From positions 1 to 48,395 of the forward strand of contig DAOWJR010000033.1 of the NCBI GenBank assembly GCA_030640275.1: a stretch of 48,395 nt of DNA, given 5' to 3'. The position numbers and the translations under genes were made by a program. The notes below the pieces were generated by a model that saw only the letters and a program-made list of their open reading frames with translations, was not told the DNA's origin and did not search any database. The DNA is from Actinomycetes bacterium (GTDB taxonomy: Bacteria; Actinomycetota; Humimicrobiia; JAHJRV01). Below are positions 17,248-26,179 of the stretch, piece by piece. Position 1 is the stretch's first letter, and every line of letters begins with the position of its first letter.

Positions 17248-19896
17248 TTATATTTTTATACTTTCTATTTGCTTTTCAATACTTTCTATTTCTTTTTTCA
17301 GTTCTTCCAGCTTTTCTTTTTCCCTTAAAATAATATGTTCCGGGGCTTTCTGTAAGAATTGCACATTTGAGAGTTTCTTTTTGCTTTTTTCATAACCAGC
17401 TTTAACCTTACTTAAACGTTTTTTTAACCTTTCTGTTTCCTCTTTTATATCAACCAACTCAAGTAGTGGTATATATATATCAACTCCTGATACATGAGAT
17501 TTAGTATACTTAGACAAATCATCTATTTCCTTTATAAAATCTATACTATTAAGACCTCCCAATTTTATTAATTTCTCAATATTCCTTCCTATTAGGTTCT
17601 TTTTATCCAAATCATCAGTAATTAAATATGCTGGAAATCTCCTTGAAGGTTCCACTAATAACTGACTTCTGACTTTCCTAATTGAACTTATCACTTCTAT
17701 TAAAATCTCCATCTCATATTCTGCTTCTTTATCAATCTCTTCAGATTTATATTCAGGATATGAGGATATCATTATACTCTCACTTTCCAGGGGTAAACTT
17801 TGCCATATTTCCTCAGTAATAAATGGCATGAAAGGATGAAGAAGTCTTAAATATCTTTCTAATATATTTATTAATACATATCCTACAGTGCTTTTAGCTA
17901 TTTCATCCTCATCTTGATATAGTCTACTTTTACAAAGTTCGATATACCAATCACAATACTGCCTCCAGAAGAATTTATAGAGCTGCTTTGATGCTTCTGC
18001 AAAATTAAATTTTTCAAGATTCTCTAACACATTCTTAACAACTTTATTGAATCTGCTAATAATCCATCTATCTTCTAATTGGTAGTTCAGTTTAGTTTTA
18101 TTAATTTCTTTATAATTGATTTTTTCTGTACCCATTTGAACAAACCTTGCTGCATTCCATATCTTATTTACAAAATTCCTCATCCCTTCTATTGTTTCTT
18201 CACCTAAAGATATATTTCTACCAGGTGATGTTAAAAATGAAAGCGTAAATCTTAAAGAATCTGTACCATATTTTTCCATCACAGGAACAGGGTCAATTAC
18301 ATTTCCCAAAGATTTGCTCATCTTTTTCCCGAATTTATCATATATCGTAGGATGGATAAAAACTCTGCCAAATGGAATCTTTTTCATAAAATATAATGAT
18401 GTCATAATCATTCTTGCAACCCAGAAGAAGATAATTTCATTAGCTGTTGTTAATGTATCTGTAGGAAAGAAATATTTCAGCTCTGGTGTTTCTTCTGGCC
18501 ATCCCATGGTGGAAAATGACCATAAGGCAGAGCTAAACCAGGTATCTAAAATATCCTCTTCCTGATATATATTACTACTTTTACAACTTTTACATTCTTT
18601 TGGTGGATCTAACTCAACCATAATTTCATTACAATCCCTACAATACCAGATAGGAATCCTGTGTCCCCACCAGAGTTGTCTTGATATACACCAATCTTTA
18701 ATATTTCTCATCCAGTGAAAATAAACCTTTTCCCAATTTTCAGGTAAAAACTTAATATCATGATTCTCAACAACTTTTATGGCAGCCTCTGTTAAAGGTT
18801 TCATTTTAACAAACCACTGTTCTGAAATTCTTGGCTCAATAACTACCTTACATCTGTCATGTCTTCCAATGGCTAAAGAGTGTTTCTCAATTTTTCTTAA
18901 TAAGCTTAAAGTTTTGAGATCCTTAATTACTTTTTCCCTGCATTCATATCTATCCAGGTTCATATATTTTTGTCCATTTTCATTTATCCTTGCTCTATCA
19001 TCAAAAATATTGATTTGCTTCAGATTATAAGTTAATCCTATCTCATAATCATCGGGGTCGTGAGCCGGAGTTATTTTAACAGCACCTGTTCCAAACTCAG
19101 TATCAACTCTTTCATCTGATATTATTGGTAATTCCCTACCAATTAATGGCAGGATTGCCGTCTTTCCAATATATAATTTATATCTTTTATCCTTGGGGTG
19201 AACTGCAACAGCAGTATCACCCAACATTGTTTCAGGTCTTGTTGTAGCAACAGTTATATAATCATCTTCTCCTTTTATTGGATAATCAATGTACCAAAGA
19301 TTTCCCTCTTCCTCTTCCTTTTCAACTTCTATATCTGCAATAGTAGTTAAGCACTTTGGACACCAATTTATCATTCTAAAATCTTTATAAATTAATCCAT
19401 TATCATAAAGTATTTTAAATGCAGTTAATACTGCTTTTGATAAACCTGGATCCATTGTAAATCTTTCTCTCTCCCAATCACATGAACAGCCAAGTTTTTT
19501 TAGTTGTTCAATTATTATATTCCCATATCTTTCTTTCCATTGCCATGCTCTTTCTAAAAACTTATCCCTACCCAATTCATGTTTTGTTATGCCTTTATTA
19601 GCTATTATGTTTTCTAAAACATTGTGAACAGCAATACTTGCATGGTCTGTTCCTGGTAACCATAACGTGTTATATCCCTGCATTCTTTTCTGTCTTATAA
19701 TTATGTCCTGGATAGTGTTATTCAGTGCATGGCCTAAATGCAGAACACCAGTAACATTTGGAGGTGGAATAACTATTGTAAAAGGCTTTTTGCTTTTGTC
19801 AACCTCAGCATGAAAATAACTTTTTTTTAGCCAGAAATCGTATATTTTATTTTCAACTATTGAAGGATTATATTTCTTACTAATAATTTTATTCAT
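17248..19896 (-). CDS. valS: Valine--tRNA ligase
   Basis: 882 aa. HIGH-type motif PPPNVTGVLHLGHAL. KMSKS present. CP1 editing domain. C-terminal coiled coil. Confidence 0.97.
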   Translation of the reverse strand: MNKIISKKYNPSIVENKIYDFWLKKSYFHAEVDKSKKPFTIVIPPPNVTGVLHLGHALNNTIQDIIIRQKRMQGYNTLWLPGTDHASIAVHNVLENIIANKGITKHELGRDKFLERAWQWKERYGNIIIEQLKKLGCSCDWERERFTMDPGLSKAVLTAFKILYDNGLIYKDFRMINWCPKCLTTIADIEVEKEEEEGNLWYIDYPIKGEDDYITVATTRPETMLGDTAVAVHPKDKRYKLYIGKTAILPLIGRELPIISDERVDTEFGTGAVKITPAHDPDDYEIGLTYNLKQINIFDDRARINENGQKYMNLDRYECREKVIKDLKTLSLLRKIEKHSLAIGRHDRCKVVIEPRISEQWFVKMKPLTEAAIKVVENHDIKFLPENWEKVYFHWMRNIKDWCISRQLWWGHRIPIWYCRDCNEIMVELDPPKECKSCKSSNIYQEEDILDTWFSSALWSFSTMGWPEETPELKYFFPTDTLTTANEIIFFWVARMIMTSLYFMKKIPFGRVFIHPTIYDKFGKKMSKSLGNVIDPVPVMEKYGTDSLRFTLSFLTSPGRNISLGEETIEGMRNFVNKIWNAARFVQMGTEKINYKEINKTKLNYQLEDRWIISRFNKVVKNVLENLEKFNFAEASKQLYKFFWRQYCDWYIELCKSRLYQDEDEIAKSTVGYVLINILERYLRLLHPFMPFITEEIWQSLPLESESIMISSYPEYKSEEIDKEAEYEMEILIEVISSIRKVRSQLLVEPSRRFPAYLITDDLDKKNLIGRNIEKLIKLGGLNSIDFIKEIDDLSKYTKSHVSGVDIYIPLLELVDIKEETERLKKRLSKVKAGYEKSKKKLSNVQFLQKAPEHIILREKEKLEELKKEIESIEKQIESIKI

Positions 19897-19964
19897 AAGA
19901 TTTGCAAATTTTTAAAATTAAAATTTGCTTCCCCCCTTAACTATAATTTTAAATTAATTAAAAT

Positions 19965-20087
19965 AAAAAAGCCCAGATTCAAAAGGACGAATTGGGCTTA
20001 ATTCGTGGTACCACCTTACTTCTCCAAAGTGGAGCACTCGTTTTATATAACGGATTTTCCGATTAGGCTACCTTGGTTAAATTGTCC
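19965..20087 (-). promoter_or_regulatory. T-box leader (tRNA-sensing riboswitch) controlling valS
   Basis: The minus strand contains the T-box sequence AAGGTGGTACCACG (20004-20015). A small hairpin CTCCA-CTT-TGGAG (Stem III-like) precedes it, and an F-box-like CCGTTA lies further upstream. An intrinsic terminator follows: AAGCCCAAT...ATCTGGGCTT plus a T6 run (19965-19999). Its 5' arm can alternatively pair with the T-box to form the antiterminator. Stem I and the specifier loop could not be delineated by eye. Confidence 0.75.
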
Positions 20088-20675
20088 TTATAGTCTTTTA
20101 GTGAATATTTCATCTATTATTCCATATTTCTTTGCATGTTCAGCAGTCATAATAAAATCTCTATCAGTATCTTCGCTGATTCTTTCAACTGATTGACCTA
20201 TATGTTTAGCTAATAGTTTATTCATCATTTCTCTCATTCTCAATATCTCCTTAGCGTGAATATCAACATCAGAAGCACTTCCAGTTGCTCCACCACTGGG
20301 TTGGTGCAGAAGAATCCTTGAATGTGGAAGAGCAAATCTTTTCCCTTTTTCCCCGGCAGCCAAAATTAAAGCTGCACCACTTGCTGCTTGCCCCATACAA
20401 ATAGTAGAAACAGGTGATTTTATAAACTGTATAGTATCATAAATTGCCATAGTGGATGTTATCAAACCACCTGGACTGTTAATATAAAGATTTATATCTT
20501 TCTTAGGATCCTCTGCTTCTAAAAAAAGTAATTGGGCCATAACCAAATTGGCAAGTCTATCATCTATGTTATCACCTAAAAAAATTATTCTTTCTTTTAA
20601 TAATCTTGAATAGATATCAAAAGATCTTTCACCCCTACTTGTTTGTTCGATGACTATTGGTATTAAATTACTCAA
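20088..20675 (-). CDS. clpP: ATP-dependent Clp protease proteolytic subunit
   Basis: 195 aa. Motifs [32 protein letters not shown] (active-site Ser) and [11 protein letters not shown] start with GAGGT. Confidence 0.95.
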   Translation of the reverse strand: MSNLIPIVIEQTSRGERSFDIYSRLLKERIIFLGDNIDDRLANLVMAQLLFLEAEDPKKDINLYINSPGGLITSTMAIYDTIQFIKSPVSTICMGQAASGAALILAAGEKGKRFALPHSRILLHQPSGGATGSASDVDIHAKEILRMREMMNKLLAKHIGQSVERISEDTDRDFIMTAEHAKKYGIIDEIFTKRL

Positions 20676-20762
20676 ACTTTACCTCTTTTTAATAAATTGA
20701 TAATAAATTATATACCACCGTATAAGTTTAAAGGTATTAAATTATACAAATTTCACTTTCTT

Positions 20763-22067
20763 TTAAACAATTTTTGCATTATCAAGCAAAAAATCTAATG
20801 TTTTTCTTCTCCTTAATTCCAGTTTTAGATTATAATAACCCATTCCTTTAATATAGTAGTTATAAACATCATCTTTTTTATCACCAGCATAACTTGCTAT
20901 TTTTTTGGCTTCAGATTTCAATGCTTCATCAGATACTTTTATATTCTCTTTTTCCGAAACTGCATCTAAAATCAGATTATGACTAATTTCTAGTTCAGCT
21001 CTTTTTTTGTAATTTTTTTCAAATGACTTATTATCCTGATTTGTTATTTTTAAAAAGTCATCTAAACTTGACTCCTGTTTTTCCAGATTTTGTTTAAAAC
21101 TATCGATAAGCTCTTTACTTCGATTTTCAATCATAATAGGTGGAATGTCAATCGGGTTATATTTAATTAATTCCTCTAATATCTTGATCTTTCTTAAAGA
21201 TTTGATATCCTCCTGTTTTTTCTTTTTTGTCTCATTTTTAATATATTTATTTAACTCATCTAAGTTATTAAAACCACCTACCATTTTTGCAAATTCATCA
21301 TTAACTTCGGGTAGTAATTTCTTTTTTATAGCTTTTAATTTAATATGACACTTTAATTTTTTACCTGCTATTTTCTTGTTAAAATAGTTCTCTGGATATG
21401 ATATTTCCAAAATCTTCTCATCACCTATTCTCATTCCAATTAATTCTTTCTCCTTATCACCAAATGAAGCTCCTGATCCAATTTGTAATAAATAATCCGT
21501 ACCACTATTTTCTTTTACTAATGTATTGTCTAAATAATAGTCAATATCAACAACTATATAACTATCTTTTTTTACAACTTGGTTCTCATCCTCTTCCAAT
21601 CTTGCAAATTGATTTCTTAATCCTTCAAGTTGTGATTTAACTTCTTTCTCTCCAACTCTTGCTATTTTTTTCTCTAATTTAATTCCCTTATATTTTTTCA
21701 GTAAAACCTCCGGTTCAACTAATACTTTAACTGTAAATTTTAGAGCTTTTTCTTTCTCTAACTGTTCAACTTTTATTTCTGGCTTAACAACAGGTTTTAC
21801 CTTTGACTGTGAAACTGCTTGAAGATAATATTTTAGTACAGATTCTTCTAAAGCCTCCTTTAAAATATAATCTTGACCAACTCTTGTATCTATAATTTTT
21901 TTAGGTATGTTTCCCTTTCTAAAACCGGGAATTTTTAATGATTTTGAGATCCTTTTATAGGCTTGTTCAATATCTTTTTTGAACAATTCATGTGGAACCT
22001 CCACTTCTATCTTCACCTTATTTTTCTCAATTTTTTCTACTGATGTCTTTATTTTTATATTATTCAT
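20763..22067 (-). CDS. tig: Trigger factor
   Basis: 434 aa. N-terminal ribosome-binding GFRKGNIPKKII motif. Central FKBP-like region. tig-clpP synteny. Confidence 0.9.
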   Translation of the reverse strand: MNNIKIKTSVEKIEKNKVKIEVEVPHELFKKDIEQAYKRISKSLKIPGFRKGNIPKKIIDTRVGQDYILKEALEESVLKYYLQAVSQSKVKPVVKPEIKVEQLEKEKALKFTVKVLVEPEVLLKKYKGIKLEKKIARVGEKEVKSQLEGLRNQFARLEEDENQVVKKDSYIVVDIDYYLDNTLVKENSGTDYLLQIGSGASFGDKEKELIGMRIGDEKILEISYPENYFNKKIAGKKLKCHIKLKAIKKKLLPEVNDEFAKMVGGFNNLDELNKYIKNETKKKKQEDIKSLRKIKILEELIKYNPIDIPPIMIENRSKELIDSFKQNLEKQESSLDDFLKITNQDNKSFEKNYKKRAELEISHNLILDAVSEKENIKVSDEALKSEAKKIASYAGDKKDDVYNYYIKGMGYYNLKLELRRRKTLDFLLDNAKIV

Positions 22068-22169
22068 TTTAAATTCATATCTCTTACTAATTTTTACAAA
22101 ATTATATCAGAAAATTATTTCTATAATCAGTAAACATAAACTTGCTGATTAGTGACACCTCAAACGACT

Positions 22170-22184
22170 AAAGCCGCTGGCTTT
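22170..22184 (-). terminator. Possible terminator hairpin after the tRNA-Leu operon
   Basis: AAAGCC-AGC-GGCTTT hairpin about 85 nt downstream of tRNA-Leu on the minus strand. The following T-tract is weak. Confidence 0.3.
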
Positions 22185-22267
22185 CTTTCTAATTTGTTAC
22201 TAAATCTTGAAGTATATAGCTTTTTGTTTATATATACAAAAAATTCATAAAAACTATTCATAAAAAA

Positions 22268-22352
22268 TGGTGCGAGAGGGGGGACTCGAACCCCCAAGGT
22301 TTTACCCACTAGATCCTAAGTCTAGCGTGTCTGCCAATTCCACCACTCTCGC
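22268..22352 (-). tRNA. tRNA-Leu (anticodon TAG), CCA encoded
   Basis: Cloverleaf with acceptor GCGAGAG/CTCTCGC, anticodon loop CTTAGGA, a long variable arm and T-loop TTCGAGT. Confidence 0.9.
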
Positions 22353-22364
22353 AGCCTTAAAAGC

Positions 22365-22441
22365 TGGTGGGTCGTGCAGGCTTTGAACCTGCGACCTGCT
22401 GATTAAGAGTCAGCTGCTCTACCAAGCTGAGCTAACGACCC
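22365..22441 (-). tRNA. tRNA-Lys (anticodon CTT), CCA encoded
   Basis: Acceptor GGGTCGT/ACGACCC, anticodon loop CTCTTAA, T-loop TTCAAAG. Confidence 0.9.
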
Positions 22442-22484
22442 ACTTTCTCTTTGTAGTGTTTTTGATACTACCATATAAATTTTT

Positions 22485-22561
22485 TGGCGCGCCTGGAGGG
22501 ATTCGAACCCCCAACCTTCGGATTCGAAGTCCGCTGCTCTATCCAACTGAGCTACAGGCGC
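22485..22561 (-). tRNA. tRNA-Arg (anticodon TCG), CCA encoded
   Basis: Acceptor GCGCCTG/CAGGCGC, anticodon loop CTTCGAA, T-loop TTCGAAT. Confidence 0.9.
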
Positions 22562-22808
22562 TTACAGTTTTATTTTCATTAAAATAATAGATATTTTCTA
22601 TTACTCTTGAAAGTGTCTTTTTAGTTATTTTTATTTCTCTCTATCTTTACTTTTCAAAATAAGACTTTTAAATGTACAAATTGAAGATAATTTATCATTT
22701 AAAAGTAGTTTATATTAGATTCTCGGACTTGAAACTTTAAACTATTCTTTTTAACCTTAATCAGTCGAAAAATTTATTTATAATAAAAAGGAAAAATTTA
22801 TAATCAAA

Positions 22809-22884
22809 TGGAGCGGATGACGGGGCTCGAACCCGTGACCTTCACCTTGGCAAGGTGACGTTCTACCAACTGAACCACATCCGC
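22809..22884 (-). tRNA. tRNA-Gly (anticodon GCC), CCA encoded
   Basis: Acceptor GCGGATG/CATCCGC, anticodon loop TTGCCAA, T-loop TTCGAGC. Confidence 0.9.
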
Positions 22885-22895
22885 ATTTAATAATC

Positions 22896-22974
22896 TGGGG
22901 TGAACGACGGGATTCGAACCCGCGACCTCAGGAGCCACAATCCTGCGCTCTAACCAAGCTGAGCTACGCTCACC
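22896..22974 (-). tRNA. tRNA-His (anticodon GTG) with encoded G-1 and CCA
   Basis: An extra 5' G pairs with C73. Acceptor GTGAGCG/CGTTCAC, anticodon loop TTGTGGC, T-loop TTCGAAT. Confidence 0.9.
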
Positions 22975-22983
22975 ATTAACTTA

Positions 22984-23012
22984 ATTATCTCAAACTACGA
23001 AAAATATTTCAA
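22984..23012 (-). promoter_or_regulatory. Candidate promoter for the tRNA-His/tRNA-Gly unit
   Basis: The minus strand reads TTGAAA, 17 nt, then GATAAT. The -10 ends about 10 nt before the tRNA-His 5' end. The AT-rich context makes chance matches common. Confidence 0.35.
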
Positions 23013-23104
23013 TTCAAAAAATATCAATTGTCATTTAAAAATTAAAAGTAGGCACTTTTTTGTAAATTTAAAGTTTAAAAAATGTCAATAAATCTTATTT
23101 CATC

Positions 23105-23241
23105 TTAAAATATCTTCAGAAATATACCCTAAAGATATTAATAAAACTTTAAAATATATAGCCTTTTCCCTGGTGGGAGAGGGAAAGGGAGAGGGTTAAA
23201 ATGTCTTTGAAAATATACCACAAAGCTATTGATAAAACTTT
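23105..23241. repeat. Two 46-bp direct repeats (38/46 identical, 91-bp period) flanking a purine-rich hairpin
   Basis: 23105-23150 is TTAAAATATCTTCAGAAATATACCCTAAAGATATTAATAAAACTTT. 23196-23241 is TTAAAATGTCTTTGAAAATATACCACAAAGCTATTGATAAAACTTT. Between them, CCTTTTCCCT (23162-23171) can pair with AGGGAAAGG (23180-23188). Confidence 0.7.
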
Positions 23242-23275
23242 TTTTAATGAAATAAAAAATATTAATAAAAAATAA

Positions 23276-23352
23276 TGGCGCGCCTGGAGGGACTCGAACC
23301 CCCGACCTACGGATTAGAAGTCCGTAGCTCTATCCAACTGAGCTACAGGCGC
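23276..23352 (-). tRNA. tRNA-Arg (anticodon TCT), CCA encoded
   Basis: Acceptor GCGCCTG/CAGGCGC (identical to the TCG isoacceptor), anticodon loop CTTCTAA, T-loop TTCGAGT. Confidence 0.9.
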
Positions 23353-23507
23353 ACATAATTTGAATTTATTATTTTACCTAATTATATCAATTTTTTATTA
23401 AAAATTTTTAATAACTTTGTTTTCTATTCTGATTCTATAAGAAATATGCTCAATTAAAAAGTTATATAAAATTTTAAAATAAAAATTTCAATAAAGAAGA
23501 TGGGGTA

Positions 23508-24098
23508 TTAAGGATTAATTATTTTTTTCTTTGCTAAATATCTAACTAAATCTTTCCTAAATCTTATTATGGTGAATAAAGTTAAAATCAATCCAAAAAG
23601 AAGATAATATACAGATTTAGAATTAATCCAGAGATAAATAGTTCCTCCTAAGAATCCTGCGATTGCCCCAACTGAAGCTTCTTTTAAGATTAGTGCAATT
23701 AATGCTCCACCTACCAAACAAGGAATAAGTACTATAAGATTTATCATACTCATCACACCTAAAGTTGTTCCAACTCCCTTTCCACCAATAAAATTTAGAT
23801 ATAGAGGCCAGTTATGACCTGCAACAGCTGCTATACCAGTTAAAAGATGGACTATTTCATTTGAACTAAATTTTTGAGCTAAAAATACTGCTAAGACTCC
23901 CTTTGCTACATCTAAAAGGCCACCTAAAAGACCAATTGCTAAACTTACATTTCTTGCAGCATTTAATCCACCAACATTTCCACTTCCTATATTTCTTATA
24001 TCCTTACCTGTAAAAAGTTTAACTACAATATAAACATTAGGTATTGAACCTAATAAGTATCCCAATATCACTAATGAACCTGATAATAATATCTTCAA
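23508..24098 (-). CDS. plsY: Glycerol-3-phosphate acyltransferase PlsY
   Basis: 196-aa polytopic membrane protein with GSGNVGGLNAARN (PlsY GSGNxGxTN-type motif) and HNWPLYLNFIGGKGV. TTG start with GGGGA. Confidence 0.85.
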   Translation of the reverse strand: MKILLSGSLVILGYLLGSIPNVYIVVKLFTGKDIRNIGSGNVGGLNAARNVSLAIGLLGGLLDVAKGVLAVFLAQKFSSNEIVHLLTGIAAVAGHNWPLYLNFIGGKGVGTTLGVMSMINLIVLIPCLVGGALIALILKEASVGAIAGFLGGTIYLWINSKSVYYLLFGLILTLFTIIRFRKDLVRYLAKKKIINP

Positions 24099-24215
24099 GA
24101 TATCCCCTTTTTAAAAATCTATAATTAAGATTAGGTTAATATATAAAGTTAAAAAATACTAAGTTATTTTATATATTTTAAACTTTAAAAAAGATTAGAT
24201 TTATGAGCTAACACT

Positions 24216-25403
24216 TTATTTAATTCCTATCTTCTTTCCACCTTTATAATATATATCAAGGGCTTTATTAATATCCTTTATAGAATGAGTTGCCATCACA
24301 TGATTTCTAATCCTGTTTGTATTTTTTGGAATAGCAGGATAAAGAATTGGACAAACATAAATGCCATTGTCATTTACAAATCTTGCAAGCTCCAATGTTC
24401 TTTCTTCATCTCCTATTAGAATTGGAACTAATGCAGTTTCACTATTCATGGTATTATAGCCCATTTCAATTAATCCCTGATTAAATAATTTTGTATTCTC
24501 TCTCAACTTTTCATATCTCCATGTTTCTTTCTCCATAACATTTAAAGTTGCTAAAGCTGCAGCAACTGCTGATGGTGGAAGACTTGCAGAAAATACAAAA
24601 CCTCTTGAAATATGTTTTAAATAATTGATTAAATCTTTATTACCAGCAATATAACCACCTACACTTGGTATTGTTTTACTCAATGTCCCCATCTTAATAT
24701 CTACACTTCCCTCGATATTAAAATGTTCTTCTATTCCTCTTCCAGTTTCTCCTAATACTCCTAATGCATGAGCTTCATCTATCATTATATCTGCTCCATA
24801 CTTATAAGCTAATTTTATTATATTTGGAAGATCAGCAATATCTCCATCCATACTAAAAACTGCATCTACTATAATTAACTTTATATTATAATCTTTGTTC
24901 TTCTCTAATATCCGTTCTAAATGTTTCATATTATTATGTTTATAAGTTCTAAAATGAGCTCCTGATAACATACAGCCATCAATAATACTGGCATGATCAA
25001 GCTTGTCCATTATAATAATATCTTTTGGACCTGTCAGACTCGAAATAGAAGACAAGTTTGCAACATAACCACTACTATATGTAATTGCTGCCTCTGTTTT
25101 TTTAAATTCAGCTATCTTCTCTTCCAGTTTCATGTGTAATGTTGTAGTTCCTGCTAATAATCTAACACCACCTGAAGCCGAGCCATAATTATCAATTGCA
25201 TCTTTAGCTGCTTTCATTATATCTGGATGATCCGAAATACCTAAATAACTATAAGAGCCAAGGTTAATAAACTCCTTTCCCTCAACAATTATTTTAGCAC
25301 GTGAAGGACCCTGAATCTCTTTCATATAAAAATACCTATTAGCATTTTTTGCATCTTTTAACCTCTGAGTAAAAAGCATAATTTTTTCTGATTTCTCAAT
25401 CAT
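24216..25403 (-). CDS. PLP-dependent alpha-oxoamine synthase family protein (SPT / BioF / Kbl-like); substrate not assignable
   Basis: 395 aa. INLGSYSYLGI. DEAHALGVLGETGRG. PLP-lysine motif GTLSKTIPSVGGY. FSMDGDIADL. SD GGAGGA. There are no bio or tdh genes nearby. Confidence 0.8.
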   Translation of the reverse strand: MIEKSEKIMLFTQRLKDAKNANRYFYMKEIQGPSRAKIIVEGKEFINLGSYSYLGISDHPDIMKAAKDAIDNYGSASGGVRLLAGTTTLHMKLEEKIAEFKKTEAAITYSSGYVANLSSISSLTGPKDIIIMDKLDHASIIDGCMLSGAHFRTYKHNNMKHLERILEKNKDYNIKLIIVDAVFSMDGDIADLPNIIKLAYKYGADIMIDEAHALGVLGETGRGIEEHFNIEGSVDIKMGTLSKTIPSVGGYIAGNKDLINYLKHISRGFVFSASLPPSAVAAALATLNVMEKETWRYEKLRENTKLFNQGLIEMGYNTMNSETALVPILIGDEERTLELARFVNDNGIYVCPILYPAIPKNTNRIRNHVMATHSIKDINKALDIYYKGGKKIGIK

Positions 25404-25477
25404 TATTCCTCCATTAATTTTAATAATTATTTACTTAAAAAAATCCCAAAAAAACCAAAAAAATAATTTAAAAAAAA

Positions 25478-26179
25478 TTAAGCAAAAAGTTTACTAAAAA
25501 TTTTATCTACAAATGAATCAAGCTCATCTCTACTATCACTGCTCATCTCATTTAAATATTTTTCATATATTAGAAAGTCATTTAAAAAAAGTTCATTATC
25601 AATATCAAGGTCTTCATCTAACTGAAATGTACCTAAAATCATTGCAGCAAGAGAACTAATTTTCAATTTACTTTTTTTCCTAAATTCCTTAAGATTTTTT
25701 GTTAATTTAATCTTTAAAAATTCATTTTTTATTTTTTTAATTTCCAAAAATAGACTCATCATATAATAAGTGCAATACTCCATTGGTCTTCTAACTCCAT
25801 CAGCTTTTTTGGAAATTCTTTTTAAAAGTTTTGAATATGATTTTTTTCTCCTCTCACCCACTTCTTTTAGCGTTAATTCTTTAAAATCTCTCCATCTCTT
25901 ATTTTCAATATCTTCTCCCAACAACTCTATGAGCAATTCTCTTGCCTTTGGAAAGGGATAAAATAGAACCTTCGAGCGTCCCTTCCCCTTTTTATAACCA
26001 AGTACATATTTATGAGAAACCAGGTCTTTCCTCTCTAAAAGTCTTAGCATATCATAAGCTGTATATTTACTTACACCTAGCTTCTCGGCTAAATCAGTAT
26101 AATGAACATATCCATTTGCATCACTACATAATTTTAAAAATTTTGACAGAAACTCTATTTGTCTCCTTGTAATTTTCAT
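25478..26179 (-). CDS. Putative transcriptional regulator: DtxR/MarR-like winged-helix N-terminus plus an uncharacterised helical C-terminal region
   Basis: 233 aa. The N-terminus TRRQIEFLSKFLKLCSDANGYVHYTDLAEKLGVSKYTAYDMLRLLERKDLV resembles DtxR-type HTH domains. I see no obvious metal-binding residues in the C-terminal ~130 aa. Confidence 0.45.
   Translation of the reverse strand: MKITRRQIEFLSKFLKLCSDANGYVHYTDLAEKLGVSKYTAYDMLRLLERKDLVSHKYVLGYKKGKGRSKVLFYPFPKARELLIELLGEDIENKRWRDFKELTLKEVGERRKKSYSKLLKRISKKADGVRRPMEYCTYYMMSLFLEIKKIKNEFLKIKLTKNLKEFRKKSKLKISSLAAMILGTFQLDEDLDIDNELFLNDFLIYEKYLNEMSSDSRDELDSFVDKIFSKLFA

Noticed and set aside
20676-20762. Possible CtsR or CIRCE heat-shock operator upstream of clpP
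   Set aside because: There is no tandem GGTCAAA heptad (CtsR) and no TTAGCACTC-N9-GAGTGCTAA (CIRCE). Only generic TATAAT-like boxes are present.
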